A DNA stretch of 64,000 nucleotides, taken from NCBI GenBank assembly GCA_902801205.1, contig CADCHE010000015.1, positions 6,110 through 70,109 of the forward strand, read 5' to 3'. This document shows positions 9,188 to 18,353 of this stretch, piece by piece (within the stretch, counting starts at the first letter, position 1; each line of letters opens with the position of its first letter). Under the pieces are notes generated by a model. That model was given only the letters and a program-made list of their open reading frames with translations. It ran no database searches and had not been told where the DNA came from. The DNA comes from an uncultured Bacteroidia bacterium. GTDB taxonomy: Bacteria; Bacteroidota; Bacteroidia; Bacteroidales; UBA932. A program made the translations under genes and the position numbers.

Positions 9188-10594
9188 CTATTTCGGCTGG
9201 AGCGTCAGCTGTGCGATGTTCTTCTTGTTGACGGTGTTCGAGGCATTGCTCATTGCCTCGATGTCGATGGTCAGCGGCGCGGCGCCTTCGTCAGCCTGCA
9301 CGTAAAGGTCGATGTTGAGCGGATTCGTGTTCAGGATCCGCAGTCCGCCCTTGCAGTTGAGTCCGCCGCGGAAGACGAAGTCATCCGTCACGTCGTTGTT
9401 CTTGCGGACGAATTTATAGTGCCACCCTTTTGCGCGGGTGTCGAAGACCGCGCGCAGCACGGGGGCCAGCTCCACGCTCGGGCAGTTCCGGTTGGAGAAC
9501 GCAAGGGAGAGTTTCACGACTTCGCCCTTCGGCACATCGGCTTTCACGGATTCCGTCGCTTCGCCGCCGTAGTTGAGCACGGGGAACTCGTTCAGGTGCT
9601 TGAGCAGCCACCACGCGACGCCGGTTCCGGAGCAGGCCGCCTCTTCGATGCCGCCCGTCGACGTGCATTCCGGGAACAGGTCCATTCCGCCGGCACCATA
9701 CATCCAGAGCGTCCAGATCTGCGGCATCGCTCCGGCATCCTCATGCCCGAGCACGCAGTCTTTCGAGACCCGCAGGAAGTCCTTGCGTGGGTCGTAGGCG
9801 TCGATTCCCGCATAATAGGGGGCCAGCATGATGGCGGTTTCCTTGCCCATCTGGTCCATCTGCTTGACGATCGAGTAGCTGGTCTCCTTCATCTTGTTCT
9901 GATTGGAATACCAGAAGCCCAGCGGGCCGTCCGTCTGCGTGCCGTCTCCCCAGGTACACATCTGCATGGCATCCTTGTCGTTCTTGATGCTGCCTCCGAA
10001 GCACCAGGGACCGCAGAGGTAGAGGCATTTCCGGTTGCCGCGGTACGTGGCGACGAGTTTCATCCGCTCCTTGCAGTAGTCGGCCTCACTGACGCTCATG
10101 TAGTTGACCGAGGTGTAGTCCACGCTGAAGCCGGCGTCGGAAAGCTGGTCGATGGTGCGTCGGTCGGTCTCTTCATTGTTGTAGCCGGTCGGCGAGTCGT
10201 TGACCCGTGTCTCCATCGTGGCTTCGAAAAAGGCGCTTTTCCCTTCGAAGGTGTCGTACAGGTTCTTGAGGGTCTGCTGCGGGGAGAGTTTGTTCTGGAA
10301 GTTGATCTTCCACATGTCGATGAAGTTTGTATAGAAGCCCGTCACATGCGTCCGCACATAGTCCCATTTCGAACGGTTCTTCGGGTCCGTAATCTCATGC
10401 CAGCGCGTGTCCCAGCCCCAGTAGACGAGTGCCTGGCGCTCGTCCAGGGTCTTCACGGTCTTGCCGCTGTGGTCGTCGAAAGAAAAGCCGTCCTTTTCCT
10501 CTTCGGGTTGCCCGGTCGCCTTTTCCCCGCAGGCGGAGAAGGTCAGGCAGGCCGCCAGGGTGGCGGCGAGAATTCCTATCCTATGGTTCATCAT
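9188..10594 (-). CDS. Hypothetical lipoprotein (about 468 aa), no recognised family
   Basis: Start moved to MMNHRIG at 10594: signal peptide with lipobox FSAC, then an acidic stretch EEEKDG; promoter element directly upstream. Confidence 0.8.
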   Translation of the reverse strand: MMNHRIGILAATLAACLTFSACGEKATGQPEEEKDGFSFDDHSGKTVKTLDERQALVYWGWDTRWHEITDPKNRSKWDYVRTHVTGFYTNFIDMWKINFQNKLSPQQTLKNLYDTFEGKSAFFEATMETRVNDSPTGYNNEETDRRTIDQLSDAGFSVDYTSVNYMSVSEADYCKERMKLVATYRGNRKCLYLCGPWCFGGSIKNDKDAMQMCTWGDGTQTDGPLGFWYSNQNKMKETSYSIVKQMDQMGKETAIMLAPYYAGIDAYDPRKDFLRVSKDCVLGHEDAGAMPQIWTLWMYGAGGMDLFPECTSTGGIEEAACSGTGVAWWLLKHLNEFPVLNYGGEATESVKADVPKGEVVKLSLAFSNRNCPSVELAPVLRAVFDTRAKGWHYKFVRKNNDVTDDFVFRGGLNCKGGLRILNTNPLNIDLYVQADEGAAPLTIDIEAMSNASNTVNKKNIAQLTLQPK

Positions 10595-10610
10595 CTCGTG
10601 GTTTGATACA

Positions 10611-10618
10611 CAAAAATA
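10611..10618 (-). promoter_or_regulatory. -7 promoter element TATTTTTG for the orphan lipoprotein
   Basis: Minus-strand TAnnTTTG 16 nt upstream of the proposed ATG. Confidence 0.55.
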
Positions 10619-10649
10619 CAAATAATTCTTATCTTTATCCAGCATTGAA

Positions 10650-11831
10650 ATGAGACCCATGAAGAAGTTCCGTCTTGGCCTGCTGCCTTCCATCCTGATC
10701 GCGATTGTGCTCGGCATCGCGCTGGGCAGGATGCTGCCTCTGGGCGCCGTCCGGTTTTTCGCTACCTTCAACGCCCTGTTCAGCAGCTTCCTGCAGTTCC
10801 TGATCCCGCTGATCATCATCGGCCTGGTCACCCCAGCCATTTCGGACATCGGCCGCGGTGCCGGCCGCCTTTTGCTCGTGACGGCCCTGCTGGCCTATGC
10901 TGACACGGTGTTTGCCGGTCTGCTGTCGTACGGGACCAGCGTCACCTTCTTCCCGCGCCTTATCGGGGCCGGCGGGGGAGCGGAAGCCCTTTCCGAAGCG
11001 GCGTCCATTGAGCCTTTCTTCACGCTGCAGATCCCGCCCATGGTCGACGTCATGTCCGCCCTGGTCTTCTCCTTTACCCTGGGGCTCGGCATGGCTTTCT
11101 TCGGATCCGCTTCCCTGAAGACCCTTTTCAGCGAGTTCAAGGAGATTGTCGTCAAGACGATCGAAGTGGTCATCCTGCCGTTGCTGCCGGTCTACATCTT
11201 CGGCATCTTCCTGGGAATGACACATACCGGACAGGTCTTCCAAGTCGTTAAAGTATTCCTGTCGATCATTATTGTCATCTTCTTGATGCATATATTTTTG
11301 CTGCTTCTCCAGTATTGTATCGCGGGGGTGGTGACCCGACGCAATCCGCTGCGTTTGCTGGGCCGGATGATGCCAGCGTATTTCACCGCCCTGGGTACAT
11401 CCTCTTCGGCCGCGACGATCCCCGTGACCCTGGAGCAGACGAAGAAGAACGGCGTCAGTGACGAGGTGGCCGGATTCACGGTCCCGCTCTGCGCCACGAT
11501 CCACCTTTCCGGCAGTACGCTCAAGATCGTGGCCTGTGCCGTCGCCCTGATGCTGATGAACGGCATGCCATTCGATTTCGGCATGTTCCTCGGTTTCATC
11601 CTGATGCTTGGCATCATGATGGTCGCCGCGCCGGGTGTTCCGGGCGGGGCGATCATGGCCGCCCTCGGCGTCTTGTCTTCCATGCTCGGTTTCGGCGAGC
11701 AGGAGCAGGCCCTGATGATCGCGCTCTACATCGCGATGGACAATTTCGGAACGGCGTGCAACGTGACCGGCGACGGGGCCATCGCCCTCATCGTCGACCG
11801 CTTCTTCAAGAAAGGAAAGGTGTCCGCCTAA
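10650..11831 (+). CDS. Dicarboxylate/amino acid:cation symporter (DAACS, SstT-like)
   Basis: Multi-TM protein with AYFTALGTSSSAATIPV, PLCATIHLSG, DNFGTACNVTGDGA. Alternative start at 10659. Confidence 0.93.
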   Translation: MRPMKKFRLGLLPSILIAIVLGIALGRMLPLGAVRFFATFNALFSSFLQFLIPLIIIGLVTPAISDIGRGAGRLLLVTALLAYADTVFAGLLSYGTSVTFFPRLIGAGGGAEALSEAASIEPFFTLQIPPMVDVMSALVFSFTLGLGMAFFGSASLKTLFSEFKEIVVKTIEVVILPLLPVYIFGIFLGMTHTGQVFQVVKVFLSIIIVIFLMHIFLLLLQYCIAGVVTRRNPLRLLGRMMPAYFTALGTSSSAATIPVTLEQTKKNGVSDEVAGFTVPLCATIHLSGSTLKIVACAVALMLMNGMPFDFGMFLGFILMLGIMMVAAPGVPGGAIMAALGVLSSMLGFGEQEQALMIALYIAMDNFGTACNVTGDGAIALIVDRFFKKGKVSA

Positions 11832-13873
11832 CCGAGCCGGGACAGTTCTTCCGCCCAGAGACGCACCTGCGCGTCTGAGGCCATCCGCCAGTCACCGCGC
11901 GGCGAGAGGCTCACGACGCTGATCTTCGGCCCGTCCGGCATGCAGGAGCGCTTGAACTGCTGGGAGAAGAAGCGCTGGAAGAACTTCTTTTCCCACTTGA
12001 GCAGGGTCGCGTCATCATATTTCCCCTCGAAAGCGCACCGGGCCAGGAAGAAGATCTTCGCCGGCGATGCGCCGTAGCGCAGGAAATTGTACAGGAAGAA
12101 GTCGTGCAGTTCGTACGGCCCGATGATGTCTTCGGTTTTCTGCTGGATCTCACCCTTCGGGTCGCCGGGCATCAGTTCCGGGCTGATCGGCGTCTGCGTC
12201 ACGTCGATCAGGATCTCCGCTGCGGGACGGTCTCCGCGGACGGGGGCCTGCGTGAAGACGTGTTCCGCCGCCCAGCGGACCAGGTGCCGGATCAGCGTCT
12301 TGGGAACGGAAGCGTTCACCCCGTACATCGACATGTGGTCGCCGTTGTAGGTGCACCAGCCCAGGGCCAGTTCGGACAGGTCGCCCGTCCCGATCACCAG
12401 CGCACCTTCCTGGTTGGCGATGTCCATCAGGATCTGCGTGCGTTCGCGTGCCTGTGCATTCTCGTAAGTGGAATCCATGACGGCGGGGTCATGCCCGATG
12501 TCGCGGAAATGCTGTTCGACGGCGGGAACGACCGAAATCTCCCGGGCCGTGACGCCCAGGGCGGCCATCAAGTCCTTCGCGTTCGACTTCGTCCGCGGGG
12601 TCGTGCCCAGTCCGGGCATCGTGATGCCGATGATGTTTTCCCGGGGAATGCCCAGCCGGTCGAAGGCCATGGCGGTGACCAGGAGGGCCAGGGTGCTGTC
12701 CAGGCCGCCGGAAATGCCCAGGACGGCCTTGCGGATGCCGGTATGCTCCAGCCGGCCGATGAGGCCGAGGGTCTGGATGGACAGGATCTCGCGCGAGGAT
12801 GCCGCAATCCGCTCCGGGTCGCCTTCCGGCAGGAAGGGATGCGGTTCGACTTCGCGCAGCAGCGCTTTTCCGAAATCGGTCGGCGCCGCGGGACCGAGGT
12901 CGAAGCGGGCGTAAAGCGAGGCGTATTCGCCGGCGCCCGTCCCGTCAGGAGCCATGCCCCGGAAGGAATTCTTCTTCTGGCGGAGGATGTCCAGGCGCTC
13001 GACGTCCAGGTCGGCGAACAGGATGCCGTCCTCCATCGAGAAACGGTCGTTCTCCGCCAGGATGCGGCCATTCTCGCAGATCATCGTCGATCCGCCATAC
13101 ACGGTATCCTGCGTGGATTCGCCGCAGCCGGCCGAGCAGTAGACATAGCCCGACACCGTGCGGCCGGACTGGTTGGCAACCAGTTCACGCCGCTCCGCGT
13201 GCTTGTTCATGACCTCGTTCGAGGCCGACAGGTTCAGGATGACCTGTGCGCCGGCAGGTGCCAGGAAGGAGGACGGCGGTACGGGGGCCCAGAAATCCTC
13301 GCAGATCTCGATGCCGAAGGTCGTCCTTCCGACCGTGAAGAGCAGGTTCGGGGAGATGTTGCAGCGGATACCCGCATAGCGGACCGATGCCTCGAATCCT
13401 TCCAGGCAGAAGTCTTTCCCGTCGTCCGTCATCCGTCCGGAAGTGTGGGCGGAAGGGGAGAGGAAGTCGGCTCCGGAAGCGAACCAGCGGGACTCGTCGA
13501 ATTCCGCATAGGTTGGCAGGTAGATCTTGGGAACCATTCCCTTGATGCCGCCGTTGCGGATGACGATGGCGCAGTTGTACAGCCGGCCGCGAAGGCGGAC
13601 CGGGGCACCGACGACGACGGTGACATGCTTGCCACGCGTGCGGACAGCGATCCTGCCCACGGCGTCCTCCGCCTGCTGGAGCAGCAGTTCCTGGGCGAAG
13701 AGGTCGCCGCAGGTATAGCCCGTGACGGAGAGCTCCGGAAAGACGACGATGGAGGCGTCCTTCGCTTCCGCTTCGTCGACCATCCGGCAGATGCCTTCGA
13801 AATTGTACGCCACGTCGGCGACTTTGACGCGCGGCACGGCGGCCGCGACCCTGATCATTCCGTAATCTTTCAT
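11828..13873 (-). CDS. nadE: Glutamine-dependent NAD+ synthetase
   Basis: N-terminal nitrilase domain (VFPELS, EICED) and synthetase domain (LGISGGLDSTL, ENAQARER, GTGDLSE). Alternative start at 13885. Confidence 0.96.
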   Translation of the reverse strand: MKDYGMIRVAAAVPRVKVADVAYNFEGICRMVDEAEAKDASIVVFPELSVTGYTCGDLFAQELLLQQAEDAVGRIAVRTRGKHVTVVVGAPVRLRGRLYNCAIVIRNGGIKGMVPKIYLPTYAEFDESRWFASGADFLSPSAHTSGRMTDDGKDFCLEGFEASVRYAGIRCNISPNLLFTVGRTTFGIEICEDFWAPVPPSSFLAPAGAQVILNLSASNEVMNKHAERRELVANQSGRTVSGYVYCSAGCGESTQDTVYGGSTMICENGRILAENDRFSMEDGILFADLDVERLDILRQKKNSFRGMAPDGTGAGEYASLYARFDLGPAAPTDFGKALLREVEPHPFLPEGDPERIAASSREILSIQTLGLIGRLEHTGIRKAVLGISGGLDSTLALLVTAMAFDRLGIPRENIIGITMPGLGTTPRTKSNAKDLMAALGVTAREISVVPAVEQHFRDIGHDPAVMDSTYENAQARERTQILMDIANQEGALVIGTGDLSELALGWCTYNGDHMSMYGVNASVPKTLIRHLVRWAAEHVFTQAPVRGDRPAAEILIDVTQTPISPELMPGDPKGEIQQKTEDIIGPYELHDFFLYNFLRYGASPAKIFFLARCAFEGKYDDATLLKWEKKFFQRFFSQQFKRSCMPDGPKISVVSLSPRGDWRMASDAQVRLWAEELSRLG

Positions 13874-13877
13874 TTCC

Positions 13878-14105
13878 TTATGCATTCTCCGGGTCGTTTT
13901 CCCGGTCGGTCCTTTCCTGTTCTTCGCGGCTGCGGCGGATGCGCGCGTTGACGGTCGTCGCGATGCCCCTGTAAAGGAAGTACAGGCCGATCAGCAGGAT
14001 ACAGATGTTCGTCGCCGTCTTTCCTTCGCCGGAAAGCAGCAGTTTTCCGCCGAAGAACAGGATGAAGGCGGAGAGGACGAAGTACAGGAGATTCGTGTAT
14101 TTCAT
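13878..14105 (-). CDS. Small two-TM membrane protein (75 aa)
   Basis: Two hydrophobic helices and a charged tail; tightly packed between the nucleoside phosphorylase and nadE on the same strand. Confidence 0.7.
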   Translation of the reverse strand: MKYTNLLYFVLSAFILFFGGKLLLSGEGKTATNICILLIGLYFLYRGIATTVNARIRRSREEQERTDRENDPENA

Positions 14106-14118
14106 GTCAGTGGATGTT

Positions 14119-14946
14119 TCAGAGGGATGCGATGAGTTTCTTGAAAATGCCGGTCATCTTGTCGGCGGCCTTGTCGGCGGCGACGACGACGTCGTGGCCG
14201 TCGTTGACATAGTCCGGTGCGTAGTCGTCATGCGCCTCGTTGGTGATCACGGACATCCCGAATACGGGGATGCCGGCATGCCGGGCGACGATCACTTCCG
14301 GAATCGTGGACATGCCCACGGCATCCGCACCGATGAGCCGGAAGTACTTGTACTCGGCCGGTGTCTCGTAGGAGGGGCCGGTTCCGGCGATATACACGCC
14401 CTTCTTCAATTTGATGCCGCTTTCCGCCGCGATTTCCTCGGCCTTGGCGATCAGGCCCAGGTCGTACGGACGGGTCATGTCCGGGAACCGGGGGCCGAAT
14501 TCGTCGATGTTCGGGCCGATCAGCGGGTTCGGCAGCAGGTTGATGTGGTCGCGGATGACCATCAGGTCGCCGATGTGGAAATCGTAGTTGACCCCGCCCG
14601 CCGCGTTGGAGACGAACAGGTACTTGATGCCGGCGCGGATCATCACGCGGATCGGCAGCGTCACCAGGTCCATCGTGTATCCTTCATAATAATGCAGGCG
14701 GCCCTGCATCGCGATCACGTCCTTTCCGCCGAGCCGTCCCGCGATGAAGTTGCCTTTGTGGCCGATCGCGGTGGAAACGGGGAATTCAGGTACATCCTTG
14801 TAAGGAATCACGACGGGGTCTTCGATGTGGTCGGCGAGTTTGCCGAGTCCGCTGCCGAGCACGATCCCCACGGTGGGGCGGAAGCCTTCCAGCCGGGTCA
14901 TCAGATACTCGGCCGCCTGGTTGATCCTTGTCAGTCTTGCGTCCAT
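14119..14946 (-). CDS. punA: Purine nucleoside phosphorylase, trimeric inosine/guanosine type
   Basis: [43 protein letters not shown]. Confidence 0.93.
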   Translation of the reverse strand: MDARLTRINQAAEYLMTRLEGFRPTVGIVLGSGLGKLADHIEDPVVIPYKDVPEFPVSTAIGHKGNFIAGRLGGKDVIAMQGRLHYYEGYTMDLVTLPIRVMIRAGIKYLFVSNAAGGVNYDFHIGDLMVIRDHINLLPNPLIGPNIDEFGPRFPDMTRPYDLGLIAKAEEIAAESGIKLKKGVYIAGTGPSYETPAEYKYFRLIGADAVGMSTIPEVIVARHAGIPVFGMSVITNEAHDDYAPDYVNDGHDVVVAADKAADKMTGIFKKLIASL

Positions 14947-14952
14947 GTCCGG

Positions 14953-16227
14953 TTATTGCTTGGGTTCGATTTCATTCAGTACGGTGCGTGCGCCCTTCAG
15001 GATGTCCTGCTCGCCGAAGACTTTCCGCTCGCGCATGACGAAGCGGCCGCCGGCGATCAGCGAAGAAATGCAGTCGCTGTGGGCGGAGTATACGTAGTTG
15101 GCCAAGAAGGGGGCGGGGGAGAGGAAGAAGGTGTTGTCGGTGTCGACGATCTGGATGTCGGCTTCATACCCTTCTTCGATACGTCCGGTCTTCAGCCCGA
15201 GCGCTTTCGCCCCGTTGACGGTGGCCATGTCGAGCAGCGGCTGCAGCGGCATTTCCGACGGATCCTTCCGCCAGGCTTTCTGGAAGAGGGCGGTCGTCTT
15301 CATCGCCTCCAGTATGTCGAGGTTGTTGGAAGAGGCGCAGCCGTCCGTGCCGAGGCAGACATTGGCGCCTGCCTGCGCGAGTTCCTTCCACTTGAATTTG
15401 TAGCCGGAGGAGAGTTTTGCGTTGGAGTTGATGTTGTGCACGCAGTTGACCTTCCGCCGTCCGAGGATCTCGATGTCCTTCTCGGAGATCCACAGCGTGT
15501 GCGCAGCGATCACGTCCGGTCCGAGCACCCCCAGCTTGTCGAGGTACTCCACCGGGGAGAGCCCGCCGTGCGCGGCCTTGCAATCGAGGTCTTCCTTCTC
15601 CGATTCGGCGACATGGATGTGGATCCGCAGCCCGTGCCGGCGGGCGTACTCGGTCGCCCACAGGATCAGTTCTTCGCTGACGGAGTAGACGGCGTGGATG
15701 CCGATCGTGAAGATCGACCGGCGGTCCCAGTGCGCCGCGACGCTCTCGTGCATGGCGATGCACTGCTCCTTTTCCCGGGCGGCTTCGGACGGATCCATGT
15801 GGTCCAGGAATACGTACGACACGGCGTCACGGATGCCCATCTCCGCTGCGGCGACGTGGGCGGTGGGGGAGAACCAGTACTGGTCGTTGAAGGCAGTCGT
15901 CCCGGTCTTGATCATCTCCAGTGCGGCGGCTTTCGTGCCCCAGTAGATGAACGGTGCGTCGAGTTTCGATTCGATCACCCAGATGTGGGCGAGCCAGTCG
16001 TCCAGGCGCATGTCTTCTCCGATGCCGCGCATCAGGCTCATCGCGGCGTGTGTATGCATATTGATGAATCCGGGTACCGCCGCTTTCAGCGTGCAGTCCA
16101 TCACTTCGGCCCCTTCGGGCGCGTTGACGGAGCCGGCGTTTCCGATCTTGTGGATGATGCCGTCGCGGATGTCGATGTCTACGTGCCGGTTTTCCAGCAG
16201 TATGTTTTTCAAAAGAATGCTTCCCAT
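14953..16227 (-). CDS. Amidohydrolase-family nucleoside deaminase (MtaD-like)
   Basis: Metal ligands NMHTH, HAVY, HIHVAES, LGTDG; SSNNLD. Start moved to MGSILL at 16227. Confidence 0.85.
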   Translation of the reverse strand: MGSILLKNILLENRHVDIDIRDGIIHKIGNAGSVNAPEGAEVMDCTLKAAVPGFINMHTHAAMSLMRGIGEDMRLDDWLAHIWVIESKLDAPFIYWGTKAAALEMIKTGTTAFNDQYWFSPTAHVAAAEMGIRDAVSYVFLDHMDPSEAAREKEQCIAMHESVAAHWDRRSIFTIGIHAVYSVSEELILWATEYARRHGLRIHIHVAESEKEDLDCKAAHGGLSPVEYLDKLGVLGPDVIAAHTLWISEKDIEILGRRKVNCVHNINSNAKLSSGYKFKWKELAQAGANVCLGTDGCASSNNLDILEAMKTTALFQKAWRKDPSEMPLQPLLDMATVNGAKALGLKTGRIEEGYEADIQIVDTDNTFFLSPAPFLANYVYSAHSDCISSLIAGGRFVMRERKVFGEQDILKGARTVLNEIEPKQ

Positions 16228-16244
16228 GGTTGTATGTGTTGTCA

Positions 16245-16252
16245 CAAAGCTA
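16245..16252 (-). promoter_or_regulatory. -7 promoter element TAGCTTTG for the deaminase-PNP-nadE operon
   Basis: Minus-strand TAnnTTTG 17 nt before the ATG at 16227. Confidence 0.55.
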
Positions 16253-16287
16253 CTAATTTTTCTTTAAATTCTGCGGCCCGTCCGTTT

Positions 16288-16794
16288 TTATCCCTTGTTC
16301 GCCTTGGCGGCGAAATCGAACAGCGCCTTGGGCAGGTGGCAGTATCCGCCGGGATTCTTGTCCAGATAGTCCTGGTGGTACTCTTCCGCCGGATAGAAAT
16401 TCTGCAGCGGTAGCATCTCCACGGCCAACGGCTCTTCGTACTTCCGCTGTTCCTCCCGGAAAACCTTCTCGATGACGGGCAGGTCTTCCGTGTCCGTATA
16501 ATAGACACCGGTCCGGTATTGGTTGCCGCAGTCTTCACCCTGCCGCTCGAAGCTCAACGGGTCGATGGCCTTGAAATAGAGCTCCAACAGCAGTTCCAGG
16601 CCGACGATCGCCGGATCGTAGGTGATGCGGACCGTTTCGGCAAAACCGGTATCTTCCGTGCAGACCTGCCGGTAGGAGGGATTTTTTATCCTTCCATTGG
16701 CGAATCCGACTTCTGTCGCGGTGACGCCCCGTATCTGCTTGAAATAGTGTTCGGTGCCCCAAAAGCACCCGCCGGCGAGATAGATTTCTTTCAT
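16288..16794 (-). CDS. msrA: Peptide methionine sulfoxide reductase MsrA
   Basis: MKEIYLAGGCFWG, QYRTGVY, AEEYHQDYL, GYCH. Start moved to 16794. Confidence 0.95.
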   Translation of the reverse strand: MKEIYLAGGCFWGTEHYFKQIRGVTATEVGFANGRIKNPSYRQVCTEDTGFAETVRITYDPAIVGLELLLELYFKAIDPLSFERQGEDCGNQYRTGVYYTDTEDLPVIEKVFREEQRKYEEPLAVEMLPLQNFYPAEEYHQDYLDKNPGGYCHLPKALFDFAAKANKG

Positions 16795-16939
16795 GGTGGG
16801 TTGACAATTTAATGTAAAAATAATCAATGATTTGCAAATACGCAATCTTCCTTGGAGACATCATTTGTTTCCTATGGAAAAACTTGCGATATTTGACGAA
16901 GCTAGGATGGAAATAGGCAATCACTTTATTATTTATACA

Positions 16940-18169
16940 ATGAAAAAGACGAGATTCATGATTCTGCTGGCGGCATCGCTCTGTTTCATGCTACCGGCGC
17001 AGGCCCAGAAGGACTCGAAGACGACGTTCGCCAAAGACGCCCTCCAGCCCTATGTGGACAATGGACAGCTTCCCGGCGCCATCAGCGTCTTCTACAAAGA
17101 CGGCGTCCAGGAGACCTGTTGCGTGGGGTATGCCGACGTCTCCCAAAAACGCCGCATCAAGATGGACAACGTTTTCATGCAGTGCTCCCAGACGAAGGGG
17201 TTCTGCGGCGTGACGATCGCCAAGCTGGTCGAGGAAGGCAGGATTTCGCTGGACGACCCCGTGTCGAAGTACCTGCCGGAATTCGCCGAACTGTGGGTGC
17301 TGGATGAAGAGAAGGACGGTGTCCGGAAGATGCACAAGGCGAAGAACGTGCTGACGATCAGGATGGTGCTCAACCACACCGGCGGATTCCCGTTCGAGAT
17401 CAGCGCCAAGCGCAGCGACGTGCGTGGCGGCGGGTGGTCCGGCGGTGCCCCCCTGCGCCAGACGGCGTCCATCGCGGCCGCTTCTGCGCTGTTGTTCGAA
17501 CCCGGGACCCGCGAGGCCTATTCCAATACCGGTATCGACATCGGCGCCGCGGTGGTGGAGGTCGTCACCGGGATGAAGTGGGAGCAGTACCTCAAGAAAG
17601 AGGTCCTCGATCCGCTGGGCATGAAGTCGAGCTGGTTCTGGCCCACCGACCGGCAGCTGAAAAAGAAGATCGAACTGTACGAGTTCCGGGAGAATGCGCC
17701 CGCCGTCTGGCGTGAGGAGATGGGCTGGCAGCAGCGTCCGTACAACGATGCGCATGTATTCGCCTCGGCGGGTGCCGGCCTGTGGACGACGGCGGCCGAC
17801 CAGCTGAAATTCTACAAGATGCTGATGAACCTCGGCGTGGGTGAAAACGGTGTCCGTATCCTGAAGGAAGAGACGGTCAAGTCCATCCTGGCCCGTTCCA
17901 CGCGTCCTGCGAACCTGGGCGGCTATTCCCTCGGCCTTTCTGCGCCCATCGAGGACAGCGAAGACGCCTGGTTCGGCCACGGCGGCGCCTGGGGAACCAA
18001 CTGCAGCGTCAACTGGCACAAGAAGGAACTGCGCCTGTGGGTGATCCAGAGCGCCGGCGGCCCGCAGCCGTGGGGCCCTGCCGTCGACGAAGCGGCGAAA
18101 AAGTTCTTCGCTACGGACTTCACCGCCTCCGGCGTCGGGGAGTACACCGGCCGGATCGGTTCGAAATAA
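16940..18169 (+). CDS. Secreted serine hydrolase, beta-lactamase class C / family VIII esterase fold
   Basis: Signal peptide AQA-Q; SxxK (SQTK), YSN, LLxH-like VLNHTGG, HGG. Start moved to MKKTRF at 16940. Confidence 0.88.
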   Translation: MKKTRFMILLAASLCFMLPAQAQKDSKTTFAKDALQPYVDNGQLPGAISVFYKDGVQETCCVGYADVSQKRRIKMDNVFMQCSQTKGFCGVTIAKLVEEGRISLDDPVSKYLPEFAELWVLDEEKDGVRKMHKAKNVLTIRMVLNHTGGFPFEISAKRSDVRGGGWSGGAPLRQTASIAAASALLFEPGTREAYSNTGIDIGAAVVEVVTGMKWEQYLKKEVLDPLGMKSSWFWPTDRQLKKKIELYEFRENAPAVWREEMGWQQRPYNDAHVFASAGAGLWTTAADQLKFYKMLMNLGVGENGVRILKEETVKSILARSTRPANLGGYSLGLSAPIEDSEDAWFGHGGAWGTNCSVNWHKKELRLWVIQSAGGPQPWGPAVDEAAKKFFATDFTASGVGEYTGRIGSK

Positions 18170-18192
18170 TCCCGCTCCCCACAGGGGGCTAT

Positions 18193-18240
18193 AAAAAAGG
18201 AAGGCGACTAATAAGTGATTATTGGTCGTCTTCTTTTTTT
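18193..18240. terminator. Bidirectional intrinsic terminator
   Basis: A-tract, GGAAGGCGACTAATAA-GTGA-TTATTGGTCGTCTTCT stem with G-U pairs, T-tract; lies between convergent genes. Confidence 0.8.
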
Positions 18241-18251
18241 ATTTAAGAAAG

Positions 18252-18353
18252 TGAGCCGGGCGGGTTGTCCTGGCAAACCCGTGGCCGCCCGTGGCCTCGT
18301 GAACGGGAGGGGCCCGCCGCGAAGCGGTGGGAGGGATGGAGCGAAGCGTCGTC
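18252..18353. repeat. GC-rich multi-hairpin REP-like intergenic element (putative)
   Basis: Several short stems and two GCGAAGC mini-hairpins. Single copy in the window, so repeat status is unproven. Confidence 0.35.

Noticed and set aside
16940-18169. Beta-lactam resistance gene
   Set aside because: SxxK fold alone does not imply beta-lactamase activity; lacks the KTG motif and resembles esterase-type members.
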